A DNA stretch of 64,000 bases from contig JAWAFC010000001.1 in NCBI GenBank assembly GCA_038890815.1, forward strand, positions 135-64,134, written 5' to 3'. Source of the DNA: Candidatus Micrarchaeia archaeon (GTDB lineage Archaea; Micrarchaeota; Micrarchaeia; Burarchaeales; JACRGF01). Under the pieces are notes generated by a model. That model searched no databases. It saw only the letters and a list, made by a program, of their open reading frames with translations, and was not told the origin of the DNA. A program made the translations under genes and the position numbers. The first letter of the stretch is position 1. Every line of letters begins with the position of its first letter. Positions 52,023 to 61,895 of this stretch are shown here, one piece after another.

Positions 52023-53021
52023 CTATTCAGCGGGCTTGCTGAGCTCTCTGTCAGCCTTCTGCCACACCTCACCTATCTGTCTCTGCACGGTGTTGGCCAG
52101 CTCAGTGTAGGACGCGAAATATTTGTTGGCGAACAGCGCGCCAAAAGCAGCGGGGACCAGATTGAGCGCCATTGAGACGAGACCGGCTAGCGCCCCCCAG
52201 AAGTTTTTGGCCAAAAGAGCTCTTGCGGCCTCAACCCCCTCGCTTCCGGCATGCGCCAGCCCGAGGAGCGCTGTGACCGTTCCTCCCGCGATGATCGTTT
52301 TTGCCAGCCGGCTTTCCTTGAGCGATGCGAGAAAGGCCGGAATGTCGTGCCAGAAAAGCGCATACAGCACTTCCTCGGCGGCCTTCCTGACTTCCTCCCC
52401 TTTTGGAATAAGCCGCGCCAGCCCGATGGAGATTTTCCTGAAATTTTCTTCCGACTGCAACGCAGCCTCTGCCAGCAGGCCCTTGACCTTCTCAAGCAGC
52501 ATCGCACGGCCCAAACGGGCGCTGCTGGCCAACATTGCAAGAAGAATGCGCGGCGCGCTGGGCGAGCGAGTGAGGAAGAGCTTTTCGGCCGCATCCGCAG
52601 CGATGTCGTCCGCAGGCGACTTCAGGCCAGCGTAGATTTTGGCCGGGCTTTCGTTGATTGCTGGATTCATTTCCAACAGCGCCTTCACGAACTCTTTGGC
52701 TCTCGGGACATCCTCGCCTTCAATGCCGTAATAGAAAACAAGAGAAGTCGTCACGCGGTCCGCTGTGCTTCCTATAGGAAGCTTACGAATTTCATCGTAT
52801 AGAGGGTGATCTCTAATTCTCATGGCAAGTTTGTTTCCTGCCACGATGTCCGGATCTATCTCAGTGGGCTTTGTTTTTTTCTTCTCCAGCCCTTCCCCCA
52901 CATAGAGCTTTTTCAGAATGCGTTCAAAGTCCGCTGCATCCCTATTTGTGCCGCCGGCAAAAACGCGCGCGGCGAAGCGGATGCGGGCTGCCTCCCTTTT
53001 GGTGATTTGTTGCACGAGCAA
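52023..53021 (-). CDS. Hypothetical protein with a C-terminal hydrophobic segment
   Basis: 332 aa. Its stop abuts the convergent 50511-52022 gene. A CTTTAAATACC box lies about 25 nt upstream of the start. Confidence 0.5.
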   Translation of the reverse strand: MLVQQITKREAARIRFAARVFAGGTNRDAADFERILKKLYVGEGLEKKKTKPTEIDPDIVAGNKLAMRIRDHPLYDEIRKLPIGSTADRVTTSLVFYYGIEGEDVPRAKEFVKALLEMNPAINESPAKIYAGLKSPADDIAADAAEKLFLTRSPSAPRILLAMLASSARLGRAMLLEKVKGLLAEAALQSEENFRKISIGLARLIPKGEEVRKAAEEVLYALFWHDIPAFLASLKESRLAKTIIAGGTVTALLGLAHAGSEGVEAARALLAKNFWGALAGLVSMALNLVPAAFGALFANKYFASYTELANTVQRQIGEVWQKADRELSKPAE

Positions 53022-53266
53022 TTCTTTATGCGGTTATTGGTATTTAAAGATAGCTTTTCAGGGGGAGTGTTTGCAGGCAGCGACCTGTGGGATGATTTGA
53101 TGAGGACTACAGCACCTGTTCAAAGAAAAGCTGAGCGCGATGTGAAAATCGCATTCTGAATGAACGGGGTGGGTCGCGCTCGAGGCGACCTCGGAGCGTG
53201 CGGAAGAGCGCGAGAGCGCGGCGCCGCTATAAATAAATTTACTATTTTCAATGCACAATAGGGAAA

Positions 53267-53905
53267 ATGAAACGCCTCGCGCTCGTGGTTGCCATCGCCA
53301 TGCTACTGCTGGGATGCCCACTCCTCCCGGCCCCGCCGGCGCCCAACATCACACAGAATGCCACGCTGCCAATTATCCCGCCCGAGCCTCCTGCAAACAT
53401 CACGCCCGCCACGCGCACGGTCCTCGTTTCTTATGAAGCCAACGAAACTTATGTGGAGGAGGTTGAGGTGCTCACGCGCGTGCTCGTCGGCCCGCAGAAT
53501 GTGGAGGTGAAGAACCTCTCCATCGTCCGCTCGCAGAACGTCTCGAACAGCCAGGAGGAGTGTGCCGCCTCGCTCGTGCTGTCAAACCCCAACCCGTTTC
53601 ATGTGTATTTCAATGCTGAGTATGATGGCGTGATGGACAGCGCGCCGCAGCACAACCTACACTTTCGGGTGAGCAACACGGTGACCGAGATGTACGCGCT
53701 AGCTGGCCGCGAGGTGGTCCTGCCATCGGGCATCTTCAAGCCCGAGCGGTATGTCGGGCCATACTCCTGTTACATCGACCTTGGCAGCGTGCGGATAACA
53801 ATCCTCCCGCACGACGGCGTGCATTATGCTGAGCTCCCCAGGAAGCTCAATGTCACGAAAATGAGGACTGTGGTGCTTTACAGGAATATCACGGTTCCTG
53901 CCTAA
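53267..53905 (+). CDS. Putative secreted lipoprotein
   Basis: MKRLALVVAIAMLLLGC lipobox-like signal peptide. Several NxT/S sequons. TATAAATAAA lies about 30 nt upstream. Confidence 0.6.
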   Translation: MKRLALVVAIAMLLLGCPLLPAPPAPNITQNATLPIIPPEPPANITPATRTVLVSYEANETYVEEVEVLTRVLVGPQNVEVKNLSIVRSQNVSNSQEECAASLVLSNPNPFHVYFNAEYDGVMDSAPQHNLHFRVSNTVTEMYALAGREVVLPSGIFKPERYVGPYSCYIDLGSVRITILPHDGVHYAELPRKLNVTKMRTVVLYRNITVPA

Positions 53906-53921
53906 TTCTGTTTGCCAAAAA

Positions 53922-55271
53922 TCACAAGACGTATTTTTTCCCCTTTTCCACCACCACCGTTTTCTCGTTCGCTTCTCGGAATAGGCCCTGGTTCAGCGTG
54001 TGGATGGGGAAGACTTTCTTCGGCCCTATCCTTTCAATCATCTCAAAAATCTGGCTCTTGCTGGCATGCCCGGAGGCATGCAGCTGGTGTTTCTTCAAAC
54101 CGAACAGGTTGAGCCAGTTGTCGAGCACCTCATCAGAAATTTGGGAGAGGGGATCCTCCTCGAACGGCTCGCTCATGGAGTGAATGCACTCCCCGCCCAC
54201 AGGGCGGATGTCGATGAGCTCGGGCAGGGCATAGAAGTCGAGCTCGACAATCAGTTTTGACTGATTCTCACGGATGAAATCCGAGGTTATGGCATGCTGG
54301 AGAAAGGGCTCCTCCCACAGCCCGGGCCTGAGCAGACGCCTGTCGTGGATGAGCAGGTTGGGATCTGAGAGGGGATCGGGCAGCCTGAGCTGTGGGTCTC
54401 GCTGAAGCGTGTGCAAGAGATGTGCCGTCTTTGTCGAGATCACGAGCTGCCTGCCCGTCGTCTTAGCCACCGTATAGAAAGTGCGGAAGCGGTCTATGTC
54501 GCGCGGGTAGCGCATGGCGAGTATGAACCGCTTGCTCTCGCGCGCCAGCCTCAGCGACTCCTCCAACACCACCTGCTCGGAGTGATTTTTTCTCTTTTCC
54601 TCGGGCTGCACGCGCGTGCCCTCAATGATGAGGGCGTCGACATCGCTCTCGCTGGCCTTTTGCAGGAACTCGCCCGTCATGTCGGCGCGCGGCCCGTGCA
54701 TGCGCAGGTCGCCGGTGTAGGCTATCGTGCCCTCGCTTGTTGTCACGATGTAGCCGTATGCGCCCGGCACCGAGTGATCCACATGAAAGGGCTTGAGAGA
54801 AATCGAATCCACCCGGATTTCCTTGCCAGTCCTGAAGGTCTCGAGCTTATTTTCCTCTGAGTAAAGCTCCACGCCGGCCATGGTCTGCTGCATTGAGTCC
54901 AGGATGAGCTTTGTGCACTCGCCGAGGTAAATGGGGATTTCTGGGTGCAGGTACTCGAGGTGCGCCACGTGGTCGAAGTGCGCGTGTGTGATGAAGATGC
55001 CGTGGAACTCGGGCTCGCTGAATTTCAGTTCTGAGTGCGACAGCGCTTTTTTTGAATAAAGGCCGGGGAGGCTCGGCATGAGGCCGAGCGCGAGCAGGTC
55101 GCGCAGGCCGAACCGCTCGCGCGGCTTGAGGTAGGCCTCAGGCACGAAAAAATCATCGAGCAGCGTAAAGGACTGGCCAAAATCGAGGAAGACGCGCGTG
55201 CCTCGGTCCTCGATGAGTATTTTGTTGCCGCCTATCTCATTCACGCCACCAAAGAAGGTGAGCGAGGTCAT
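53922..55271 (-). CDS. Metallo-beta-lactamase-fold ribonuclease (archaeal RNase J-like)
   Basis: 449 aa. FFGGVNEIGGNKILIE..., ITHAHFDHVAHL, ...HVDHS..., ...LHASGHAS... Confidence 0.8.
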   Translation of the reverse strand: MTSLTFFGGVNEIGGNKILIEDRGTRVFLDFGQSFTLLDDFFVPEAYLKPRERFGLRDLLALGLMPSLPGLYSKKALSHSELKFSEPEFHGIFITHAHFDHVAHLEYLHPEIPIYLGECTKLILDSMQQTMAGVELYSEENKLETFRTGKEIRVDSISLKPFHVDHSVPGAYGYIVTTSEGTIAYTGDLRMHGPRADMTGEFLQKASESDVDALIIEGTRVQPEEKRKNHSEQVVLEESLRLARESKRFILAMRYPRDIDRFRTFYTVAKTTGRQLVISTKTAHLLHTLQRDPQLRLPDPLSDPNLLIHDRRLLRPGLWEEPFLQHAITSDFIRENQSKLIVELDFYALPELIDIRPVGGECIHSMSEPFEEDPLSQISDEVLDNWLNLFGLKKHQLHASGHASKSQIFEMIERIGPKKVFPIHTLNQGLFREANEKTVVVEKGKKYVL

Positions 55272-55324
55272 GACGGGTAAATTATAAAAAATGACTTTAA
55301 ATCATTCCCGAGAGTGTGGTTCCG

Positions 55325-56410
55325 ATGAAGCGCACACCGTTCAACGCCATCCACCGCTCGTTGGGTGCCAAGATGGTGGAATTCGGCGGATGGGAGATGC
55401 CCGTACAGTATTCCTCCATCATAGAAGAACACAATGCCGTGAGAAAAGCAGTGGGGCTCTTCGATGTCTCGCACATGGGGGAGATTGAAGTGAAAGGGGA
55501 AAGCGCGCTCGCCTTCATTCAGCACATCATCACGAACGATGCTTCAAAACTCGCCGACGGGCAGGCGCTATACACCCCGATGTGCAACGAGCGAGGAGGT
55601 ATCGTGGATGACATGCTCGTATATCGCCGGAAAGCTGGCGATTTTTTCATTGTGGTAAATGCCTCCACCACCGACAAGGACTGGGCTTGGATGAACGCGC
55701 ACAATCAGCATGGGGCAGAACTGCGCAACATCAGCAGCGAGGTGGCGGAGCTCGCGCTGCAGGGGCCTAAGGCACAGGAGACTCTGCAGAAGCTCACCGA
55801 TTTCAACCTCTCCTCCATCGCCTACTTCCACTTCGCCGAATTTCCTGTCGCGGGCGTGCCCTGCCTGGTATCGAGAACAGGCTACACGGGAGAAGACGGC
55901 TTTGAGATTTACTTTTCCCCCGAGCATGCCGAAAAGATGTGGCATGCGCTCATGGAGGCCGGCGCGGAGTTCGGCATAAAGCCATGCGGGCTGGGCGCGC
56001 GCGACACGCTGCGCCTTGAGGCGGGCCTCATGCTGTATGGGAACGACATAACCGATGACATCACCCCGCTCGAGGCGCCACTGGCATGGACGGTCAAGTT
56101 CGGCAAAGGGGATTTCATCGGCAGAGAGGCGCTCCTCGCAAACCCTCCAAAGCGCAAGCTGGTGGGGTTCGAGCTTCTTGAGCGCGCTGTCCCCAGGCAC
56201 GGCAACGAGGTTTTCGTGAACGGGAAACAATTCGATGTGGTGACGAGCGGCACTTTCTCGCCGACGCTCGGCAAGCCAATCGGTTTCTGCTTTGTCCCCA
56301 CCGAGCTTCCGCTGGGCAGCCCCATTCACATCAGGATTCGCGAGCGCCTCATCCCTGCAAGAACGACGAGCCACAGGTTTTATGTCATCGCCCACCCGAG
56401 AGCGAGGTAA
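55325..56410 (+). CDS. gcvT: Glycine cleavage system T protein (aminomethyltransferase)
   Basis: MKRTPFNAIHRSLGAKMVEFGGWEMPVQY...GLFDVSHMGEI...ARDTLRLEAG. The ORF opens at GTG 55316. Confidence 0.9.
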   Translation: MKRTPFNAIHRSLGAKMVEFGGWEMPVQYSSIIEEHNAVRKAVGLFDVSHMGEIEVKGESALAFIQHIITNDASKLADGQALYTPMCNERGGIVDDMLVYRRKAGDFFIVVNASTTDKDWAWMNAHNQHGAELRNISSEVAELALQGPKAQETLQKLTDFNLSSIAYFHFAEFPVAGVPCLVSRTGYTGEDGFEIYFSPEHAEKMWHALMEAGAEFGIKPCGLGARDTLRLEAGLMLYGNDITDDITPLEAPLAWTVKFGKGDFIGREALLANPPKRKLVGFELLERAVPRHGNEVFVNGKQFDVVTSGTFSPTLGKPIGFCFVPTELPLGSPIHIRIRERLIPARTTSHRFYVIAHPRAR

Positions 56411-56464
56411 GGCGCGCGAGCTAAAGCCGCAGATTTTTAAAATTGAGCGGGAGTAAAGCTTTTG

Positions 56465-56839
56465 ATGAAATTCACCAAGGAGCATGAATGGGTGGAAATC
56501 AGAGAAGGGCTTGCCGTTGTGGGAATTACCGATTTTGCGCAAAAGGCTTTGGGCGACATCGTATCGCTCGAGCTGCCGAAGGTCGGCGCCAAGTTCAAAC
56601 AGGGCGATTCCATAGCCGTTGTCGATTCCATGAAGGCGAGCAGCGATGTGTATGCGCCTGTGTCGGGCGAAGTCGTCGAGGTGAACACCGAGCTCCTCAC
56701 GGCGCCACAGCTCGTCAACGAATCGCCGTACGAGAAAGGCTGGATGGTCAAGCTCAAGCCCTCCGACCTAAAAGAACTCGACAAGCTGATGGATGAGAAG
56801 GCCTATGAGGAATACACAAAGAGCGCGCCTCGGCACTGA
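56465..56839 (+). CDS. gcvH: Glycine cleavage system H protein
   Basis: ...FTKEHEWV...GITDFAQ...VDSMKASSDVYAPVSGEV. This is the lipoyl-lysine motif. Confidence 0.9.
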   Translation: MKFTKEHEWVEIREGLAVVGITDFAQKALGDIVSLELPKVGAKFKQGDSIAVVDSMKASSDVYAPVSGEVVEVNTELLTAPQLVNESPYEKGWMVKLKPSDLKELDKLMDEKAYEEYTKSAPRH

Positions 56840-56848
56840 TGGTCTGCC

Positions 56849-58120
56849 ATGAATTTCATCCCGCTAACCGAAGAGGATAAGCGCGCCATGCTTGCCGCGA
56901 TAGGCGTGGCGAGCGTGGAGGAGCTCATCGAGAGGGCAGCCCTTGCCCCCCGCCTGAACAGGCCGCTCAACCTGCCACAGCCCATGAGCGAGATGGAGCT
57001 CGCAGACCACATGCAGCGCCTGAGCGAAAAGAATAGGCTGTTGCGGATTTTTCGGGGCGCTGGCGCCTACAACCATTACATTCCCTCTGTGGTCAATCAC
57101 CTTTTGCTCCGGGGAGAATTCTACACCGCCTACACGCCTTACCAGCCCGAGGTGAGCCAAGGGACCCTTCAGGCCATCTATGAGTTTCAGACCCTCGTGT
57201 GTCTGCTGACGAGCATGGATGTTGCCAATGCGGGCCTGTATGAGACCGGCTCGGCGCTCGCCGAGGCCTTCTTCCTCTCGCGCTCGCAGACGGGCAGGCG
57301 CGAGGTGTTTGTCGCCAACCCGCTGAATCCAGAATACGAAAAGACGCTGAGGACGTACGCGAGATCGTGCGGCTTCAGGATTGGGAAGGGGATTTCAGAA
57401 AAAACCGCATGCGCGATTGTTCAGAATCCGAATTACTTCGGCTGCATTGAGAAGGTGGATGAATTCGCTGAGGCCGCACACGCCGCAGGCGCGCTTTTGG
57501 TTGTGGCGGTCTCGGACCCCACCTCGCTCGCACTCCTCAAGCCTCCCGGCGAGTGCGGCGCGGATATTGTGGTGGGAGACCTGCAGGCCTTTGGCAACAG
57601 CCTGAGTTTTGGGGGGCCATACGGCGCCTTCATGGCTGTGAGGAATGAGCATGTAAAAAAGATGCCCGGAAGGCTGGTGGGCATGACCGTGGATACGAGA
57701 GGCCAGAAGGGCTTTATCCTCACACTTCAGGCGAGGGAACAGCACATCAGGAGAGAGAAGGCGACCTCGAACATTTGCACAAATCATGCGCTGAATACGC
57801 TGGCCGCAACGATTTACCTTGCTCTCATGGGCAGGAGCGGCCTGCGCAGGGTCGCCGCGCTCTCCTTCAAAAGGGCGCATGAGCTCCAGCAGAAGCTTGC
57901 GCCTCTCGGTTTCGCCCTCCTCCATGATAAGCCCTTTTACAATGAGTTTGCGGTCAGCACGCCCATTTCGGCAAAGAAACTCAACAGGGCGCTTTTGAAA
58001 AAAGACATTCTCGGAGGGCTCCCGCTCGGCAGGCGAGGATGGCTGCTGTGCGCTACCGAGATGACCACGGGCGAGGATATCGAGGAGTTCGTCGCTGTGG
58101 TGGGCAAGGCGATCGCATGA
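56849..58120 (+). CDS. gcvPA: Glycine dehydrogenase (decarboxylating) subunit 1
   Basis: 423 aa. ...[13 protein letters not shown]...[21 protein letters not shown]...[17 protein letters not shown]... Confidence 0.9.
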   Translation: MNFIPLTEEDKRAMLAAIGVASVEELIERAALAPRLNRPLNLPQPMSEMELADHMQRLSEKNRLLRIFRGAGAYNHYIPSVVNHLLLRGEFYTAYTPYQPEVSQGTLQAIYEFQTLVCLLTSMDVANAGLYETGSALAEAFFLSRSQTGRREVFVANPLNPEYEKTLRTYARSCGFRIGKGISEKTACAIVQNPNYFGCIEKVDEFAEAAHAAGALLVVAVSDPTSLALLKPPGECGADIVVGDLQAFGNSLSFGGPYGAFMAVRNEHVKKMPGRLVGMTVDTRGQKGFILTLQAREQHIRREKATSNICTNHALNTLAATIYLALMGRSGLRRVAALSFKRAHELQQKLAPLGFALLHDKPFYNEFAVSTPISAKKLNRALLKKDILGGLPLGRRGWLLCATEMTTGEDIEEFVAVVGKAIA

Positions 58121-59526
58121 GGCTCCTGTTTGAACTCAAAGGAAGAGAGACGGAATACGTGCCCGAAGCAGATGGCGTTGACTTGCCAAAGGGGCTCATG
58201 AGGGAGAGGCTTCCCCTGCCTGACCTCAGCGAGGTGGATGTCGTCCGACACTATCTCAAGCTCTCCCAGCAAAACTACGGCGTGGATTCGGGCTTCTATC
58301 CGCTCGGCTCCTGCACGATGAAATACAACCCAAAAATCAATGAGGATGCCTGCCGTCTGCCCGGCTTCGTCGCTCTCCATCCGCTCGCGCCCGAAGAAGC
58401 TGTACAGGGTGCGCTTGAGCTCATGTACGAGCTCGAGCGCTATCTCTGCGAGATCACGGGCATGGATGCCTTCTCGCTCCAGCCAGCTGCGGGCGCGCAC
58501 GGCGAGCTCACCTGCTGCATGATCGCAAAAAAGCATTTCCGAAAGAAAAGGGGGAAGGTGATTCTCCCGGATAGCGCGCACGGCACAAATCCCGCCTCCG
58601 CCGCCACGTGCGGGTTCGAGGTCGTCACTGTGAAAAGCGATGCCAGAGGCGGCGTGGATATTGCTGAACTCAAACGCATTGTTGACAGCGATACTGCCAT
58701 GCTTATGCTGACAAACCCGAACACGCTCGGCCTCTTTGATGAAAACATCCCGGAAATCGCGCGCATCCTGCATGATGCCGGAGCGCTGTTCTACTGCGAC
58801 GGCGCGAACCTCAATGCCATGCTGGGCCTCACGCGCCCCGGCGATCAGGGGTTTGACATGATTCAAGTCAACCTCCACAAGACATTTTCCACGCCGCACG
58901 GCGGAGGCGGGCCGGGCGCGGGCCCCATCGGGGTGAAAGCGGAGCTTGAAAAATACCTGCCCGTGCCGCGCATAGTCAAACGTGGCAATCGCTTTGCCTT
59001 CGATTACAAAAGGCCAAATTCCATCGGCAAAGTACGCTCGTTCTGGGGAAATTTTGGTGTGATGGTCAGAGCGTATGCCTACATCCGCGCGCTGGGCCCG
59101 AAGCTGAAGGAGGTTGCCGAAGTCTCCATCCTCAACGCAAACTATCTGTTGCAGAAACTCAAAGACCACTATGCGCTTCCTTTTGACAGAACGCCATGCC
59201 ATGAGTTCGTGCTCTCGGGAGAGAAGCAAGCCGCAAAGGGGATTCACACGATGGATATCGCCAAAAGGCTGCTCGACTACGGCTTCCACGCCCCGACGAT
59301 CTATTTCCCCCTCATAGTCAAGGAAGCGCTCATGATCGAGCCTACGGAAACCGAGAGCAAGGCAACGCTCGATGCCTTTGCGGATGCGATGGTAAAAATA
59401 GCGCAGGAGGCTGAGACGAATCCTGATGTCCTCCGTAACGCGCCACACACAACGCCCGTGGGAAGGCTTGATGGCGTGCTGGCCGCGCGCCAGCCAAACC
59501 TGAGGTGGGCTGGTGAGATCAAATGA
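58117..59526 (+). CDS. gcvPB: Glycine dehydrogenase (decarboxylating) subunit 2
   Basis: ATG at 58117 overlaps the gcvPA stop (ATGA). ...[12 protein letters not shown]..., ...[16 protein letters not shown]... is the PLP-lysine region. Confidence 0.9.
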   Translation: MRLLFELKGRETEYVPEADGVDLPKGLMRERLPLPDLSEVDVVRHYLKLSQQNYGVDSGFYPLGSCTMKYNPKINEDACRLPGFVALHPLAPEEAVQGALELMYELERYLCEITGMDAFSLQPAAGAHGELTCCMIAKKHFRKKRGKVILPDSAHGTNPASAATCGFEVVTVKSDARGGVDIAELKRIVDSDTAMLMLTNPNTLGLFDENIPEIARILHDAGALFYCDGANLNAMLGLTRPGDQGFDMIQVNLHKTFSTPHGGGGPGAGPIGVKAELEKYLPVPRIVKRGNRFAFDYKRPNSIGKVRSFWGNFGVMVRAYAYIRALGPKLKEVAEVSILNANYLLQKLKDHYALPFDRTPCHEFVLSGEKQAAKGIHTMDIAKRLLDYGFHAPTIYFPLIVKEALMIEPTETESKATLDAFADAMVKIAQEAETNPDVLRNAPHTTPVGRLDGVLAARQPNLRWAGEIK

Positions 59527-59795
59527 AAATGGGCAAGGCTGTTTTCAAAGCCGGCAAACTGCTCAAAGTTTTTGTCGAATTTGACGAGCTCATTCACCGT
59601 ATCAAAATCACTGGCGACTTCTTCTTCTATCCCGAGGAGGCCATTGCCGAGCTGGAGAGAGCGCTTGAGGGAACGCCCGTGAACGAGGAGGAGATAAGGC
59701 GAAGGGTGGAGGCCTTTCTCCAGCGTCCGGGCATAGAGGCATATGGTTTTGACGCCGCACAGCTCACGCAGGCCATTATGGCTGCCTGCAGGTGA
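59523..59795 (+). CDS. lplB: Stand-alone lipoate-protein ligase C-terminal domain (LplB-like)
   Basis: 90 aa. ...[31 protein letters not shown]... Immediately upstream of the catalytic-domain gene, as in split LplA/LplB systems. Confidence 0.7.
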   Translation: MKMGKAVFKAGKLLKVFVEFDELIHRIKITGDFFFYPEEAIAELERALEGTPVNEEEIRRRVEAFLQRPGIEAYGFDAAQLTQAIMAACR

Positions 59796-59799
59796 TGAT

Positions 59800-60519
59800 G
59801 TGAAAATCAGGCTCCTCGAAACGGGCCCGCACGATGCCTTTTGGAACATGGCGCTTGATGAGGCCATGATGGAGCAGGCGGGCGACGTGCCCTCATTGCG
59901 CCTTTATGCATGGAGTCCGCCCGCTGTGTCCATAGGCTATTTCCAAAGGCTTCACGAGGAGGTTGATGTGGCGAAGTGCAAGGAGCTTGGGATTGATGTG
60001 GTGAGGAGGATAACTGGTGGGGGGGCAGTCTTCCATGATGCAGAGCTTACCTACTCCTTCATCACGCGCAACTATCCCGCGGACATACGCGCCTCCTACC
60101 GCCTTGTATGCGATGCCATCCTCAAGGGCCTTGCCAGCATAGGCATTCATGGCCAGTTTGTGCCGCTCAATGACCTGGTTTTAAATGGGAGGAAATTCTC
60201 GGGCAATGCGCAGACAAGGAAGAGAGGTGTGCTGCTCCAGCACGGCACCATCCTGCTCAAAGTGGATGTGGAAAAGATGTTTTCGCTCCTGAAAGTTCCA
60301 GATGAGAAGATACGGGGCAAGCTCATCCAGAATGTCAAGGAGCGCGTGACCGGCCTGAATAGGGACTTTGAGGAGGTCGCCGAAGCGCTCAAGCGAGGCT
60401 TTGCCGAGCATTTCGGCGCGCAGCTCGTGCCCAGCAAGCCCACCAAAGAGGAACTTGAAAGGGCGGCTGAGCTGGCGGAGACCAAATACGCCACAGAGGA
60501 GTGGCTGAACAGGGTCTAA
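59800..60519 (+). CDS. lplA: Lipoate-protein ligase catalytic domain
   Basis: GTG at 59800, 4 nt after the lplB stop. ...AFWNMALDEAMM..., ...RRITGGGAVFHD.ELTYS..., ...KFSGNAQ... Confidence 0.85.
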   Translation: MKIRLLETGPHDAFWNMALDEAMMEQAGDVPSLRLYAWSPPAVSIGYFQRLHEEVDVAKCKELGIDVVRRITGGGAVFHDAELTYSFITRNYPADIRASYRLVCDAILKGLASIGIHGQFVPLNDLVLNGRKFSGNAQTRKRGVLLQHGTILLKVDVEKMFSLLKVPDEKIRGKLIQNVKERVTGLNRDFEEVAEALKRGFAEHFGAQLVPSKPTKEELERAAELAETKYATEEWLNRV

Positions 60520-61871
60520 CGGGTGAGGCCTTGCCTTTCGATGCCGTCGTGCTCGGCGGAGGGCCTGGCGGCTATGTGTGCGCCATCCGCGCCGCACAGC
60601 TCGGCGGAAAGGTCGCGCTTGTGGAAAGGGCGAAGTTGGGTGGAACCTGCACAAACACGGGGTGCATTCCCACAAAGGCCCTGCTCGCATCGGCGGAGCT
60701 CGCGGAGAAAGTAGCCGGGGCAAAAGCGCTTGGCATTAACGCCACGGCCTCCGTAGATTTTGCTGCGCTCATGCGGCGCGCAAATGCCATCGCGGCCAGC
60801 CTCTCAAAAGGCATAGAGCGCCTTCTGCAGAGCAACGATGTTGAAGTAATTCAAGGAATGGGTGTTATCAAGTCGAGAAACATCGTCGAGGCCGCCGGCA
60901 GGCAACTTCAAACAAACAACATCGTCATCGCGACCGGCTCGCTGCCCATCGAGCTGCCATTCGCAAAATTCGGTGGGAACATCCTCTCGAGCGAGACGGT
61001 ATGGGGCCTGAGCGAAAGGCCGAAGTCCATCGCAATCATCGGTGGCGGCGTTGAGGGCGTTGAGTTCGCGAGCGCGTTCAGCGCGCTCGGGGTGGACACG
61101 AGCGTCATCGAGATGGCCCCGCGCATTCTTCCATGCGAGGATGCCGAGGCCTCGCAGCTTCTCCTCGGCTCACTCCAGCGCGCGGGCGTGCGTTTCGTGT
61201 TGGGAAAGAAGGTTGAGAGGATTGATGGCGAAACAATAATCGCTGGCGGGGAGAAAGTGGAGGCTGATAAGATCCTCGTGGCCGTTGGCAGAAAGCCAAA
61301 CATCGACGAGGCGAGCTTGCGGGCGATTGGTGTGGCGTTCGATGTGCGGGGCATTAAAACGAACGCGCGCATGCAGACAAACATCCCAAACATCTATGCC
61401 ATCGGCGATGTGGCGGGCGGGAGGCTCGCGCACGAAGCCAGCGCGCAGGGTGTAGTGGCCGCCGAGAACATCATGGGGGAGCAAACAATTTTTGACTCGA
61501 CCGTGCTGCCCGCATGCATTTTCACTCGCCCGGAGCTCGCGCGCGTGGGGAAGGTTGAAGAGAAAAATGGCGTTTTGGTGGGGAGGTTCCCTTTCGCAGC
61601 GAACAGCAAGGCTGCATGCATCGGCGAGAAGACAGGTTTTGTGAAAGTTTTCATCGAAAATGGCAGGCTATGTGGCGCGCTCATCGTTGGCGCCCACGCC
61701 AGCGAGCTTATCGCAGAAGCCGCTCTGGCAATAAAACTCGGGGCAAAAGCGCAAGACATCGTTTCAACGATTCATGCACACCCCACGCTCCCCGAAGCTT
61801 TTAAAGAGGCGGTCGAGGATGCTTTAGGAAGGGCGATCCATCTTCCAGCGAAGAAAAAGCATTCCCTTTAA
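60501..61871 (+). CDS. lpdA: Dihydrolipoyl dehydrogenase (E3 / L protein)
   Basis: FDAVVLGGGPGGY..., the redox disulfide GGTCTNTGCIPTK, and C-terminal ...IHAHPTLPEA... The start may be TTG 60531 rather than GTG 60501. Confidence 0.9.
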   Translation: MAEQGLTGEALPFDAVVLGGGPGGYVCAIRAAQLGGKVALVERAKLGGTCTNTGCIPTKALLASAELAEKVAGAKALGINATASVDFAALMRRANAIAASLSKGIERLLQSNDVEVIQGMGVIKSRNIVEAAGRQLQTNNIVIATGSLPIELPFAKFGGNILSSETVWGLSERPKSIAIIGGGVEGVEFASAFSALGVDTSVIEMAPRILPCEDAEASQLLLGSLQRAGVRFVLGKKVERIDGETIIAGGEKVEADKILVAVGRKPNIDEASLRAIGVAFDVRGIKTNARMQTNIPNIYAIGDVAGGRLAHEASAQGVVAAENIMGEQTIFDSTVLPACIFTRPELARVGKVEEKNGVLVGRFPFAANSKAACIGEKTGFVKVFIENGRLCGALIVGAHASELIAEAALAIKLGAKAQDIVSTIHAHPTLPEAFKEAVEDALGRAIHLPAKKKHSL

Positions 61872-61895
61872 ATACCCGGAAAAGAAAATAATTTC

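Noticed and set aside
53090-53160. A box C/D sRNA suggested by the TGATGA ... CTGA ... GATGTGA ... CTGA words.
   Set aside because: The spacing is wrong for archaeal C/D sRNAs (27 nt and 10 nt between boxes instead of about 12). There is no terminal stem and the C' box is imperfect. It is retained only as part of the low-interest spacer observation.
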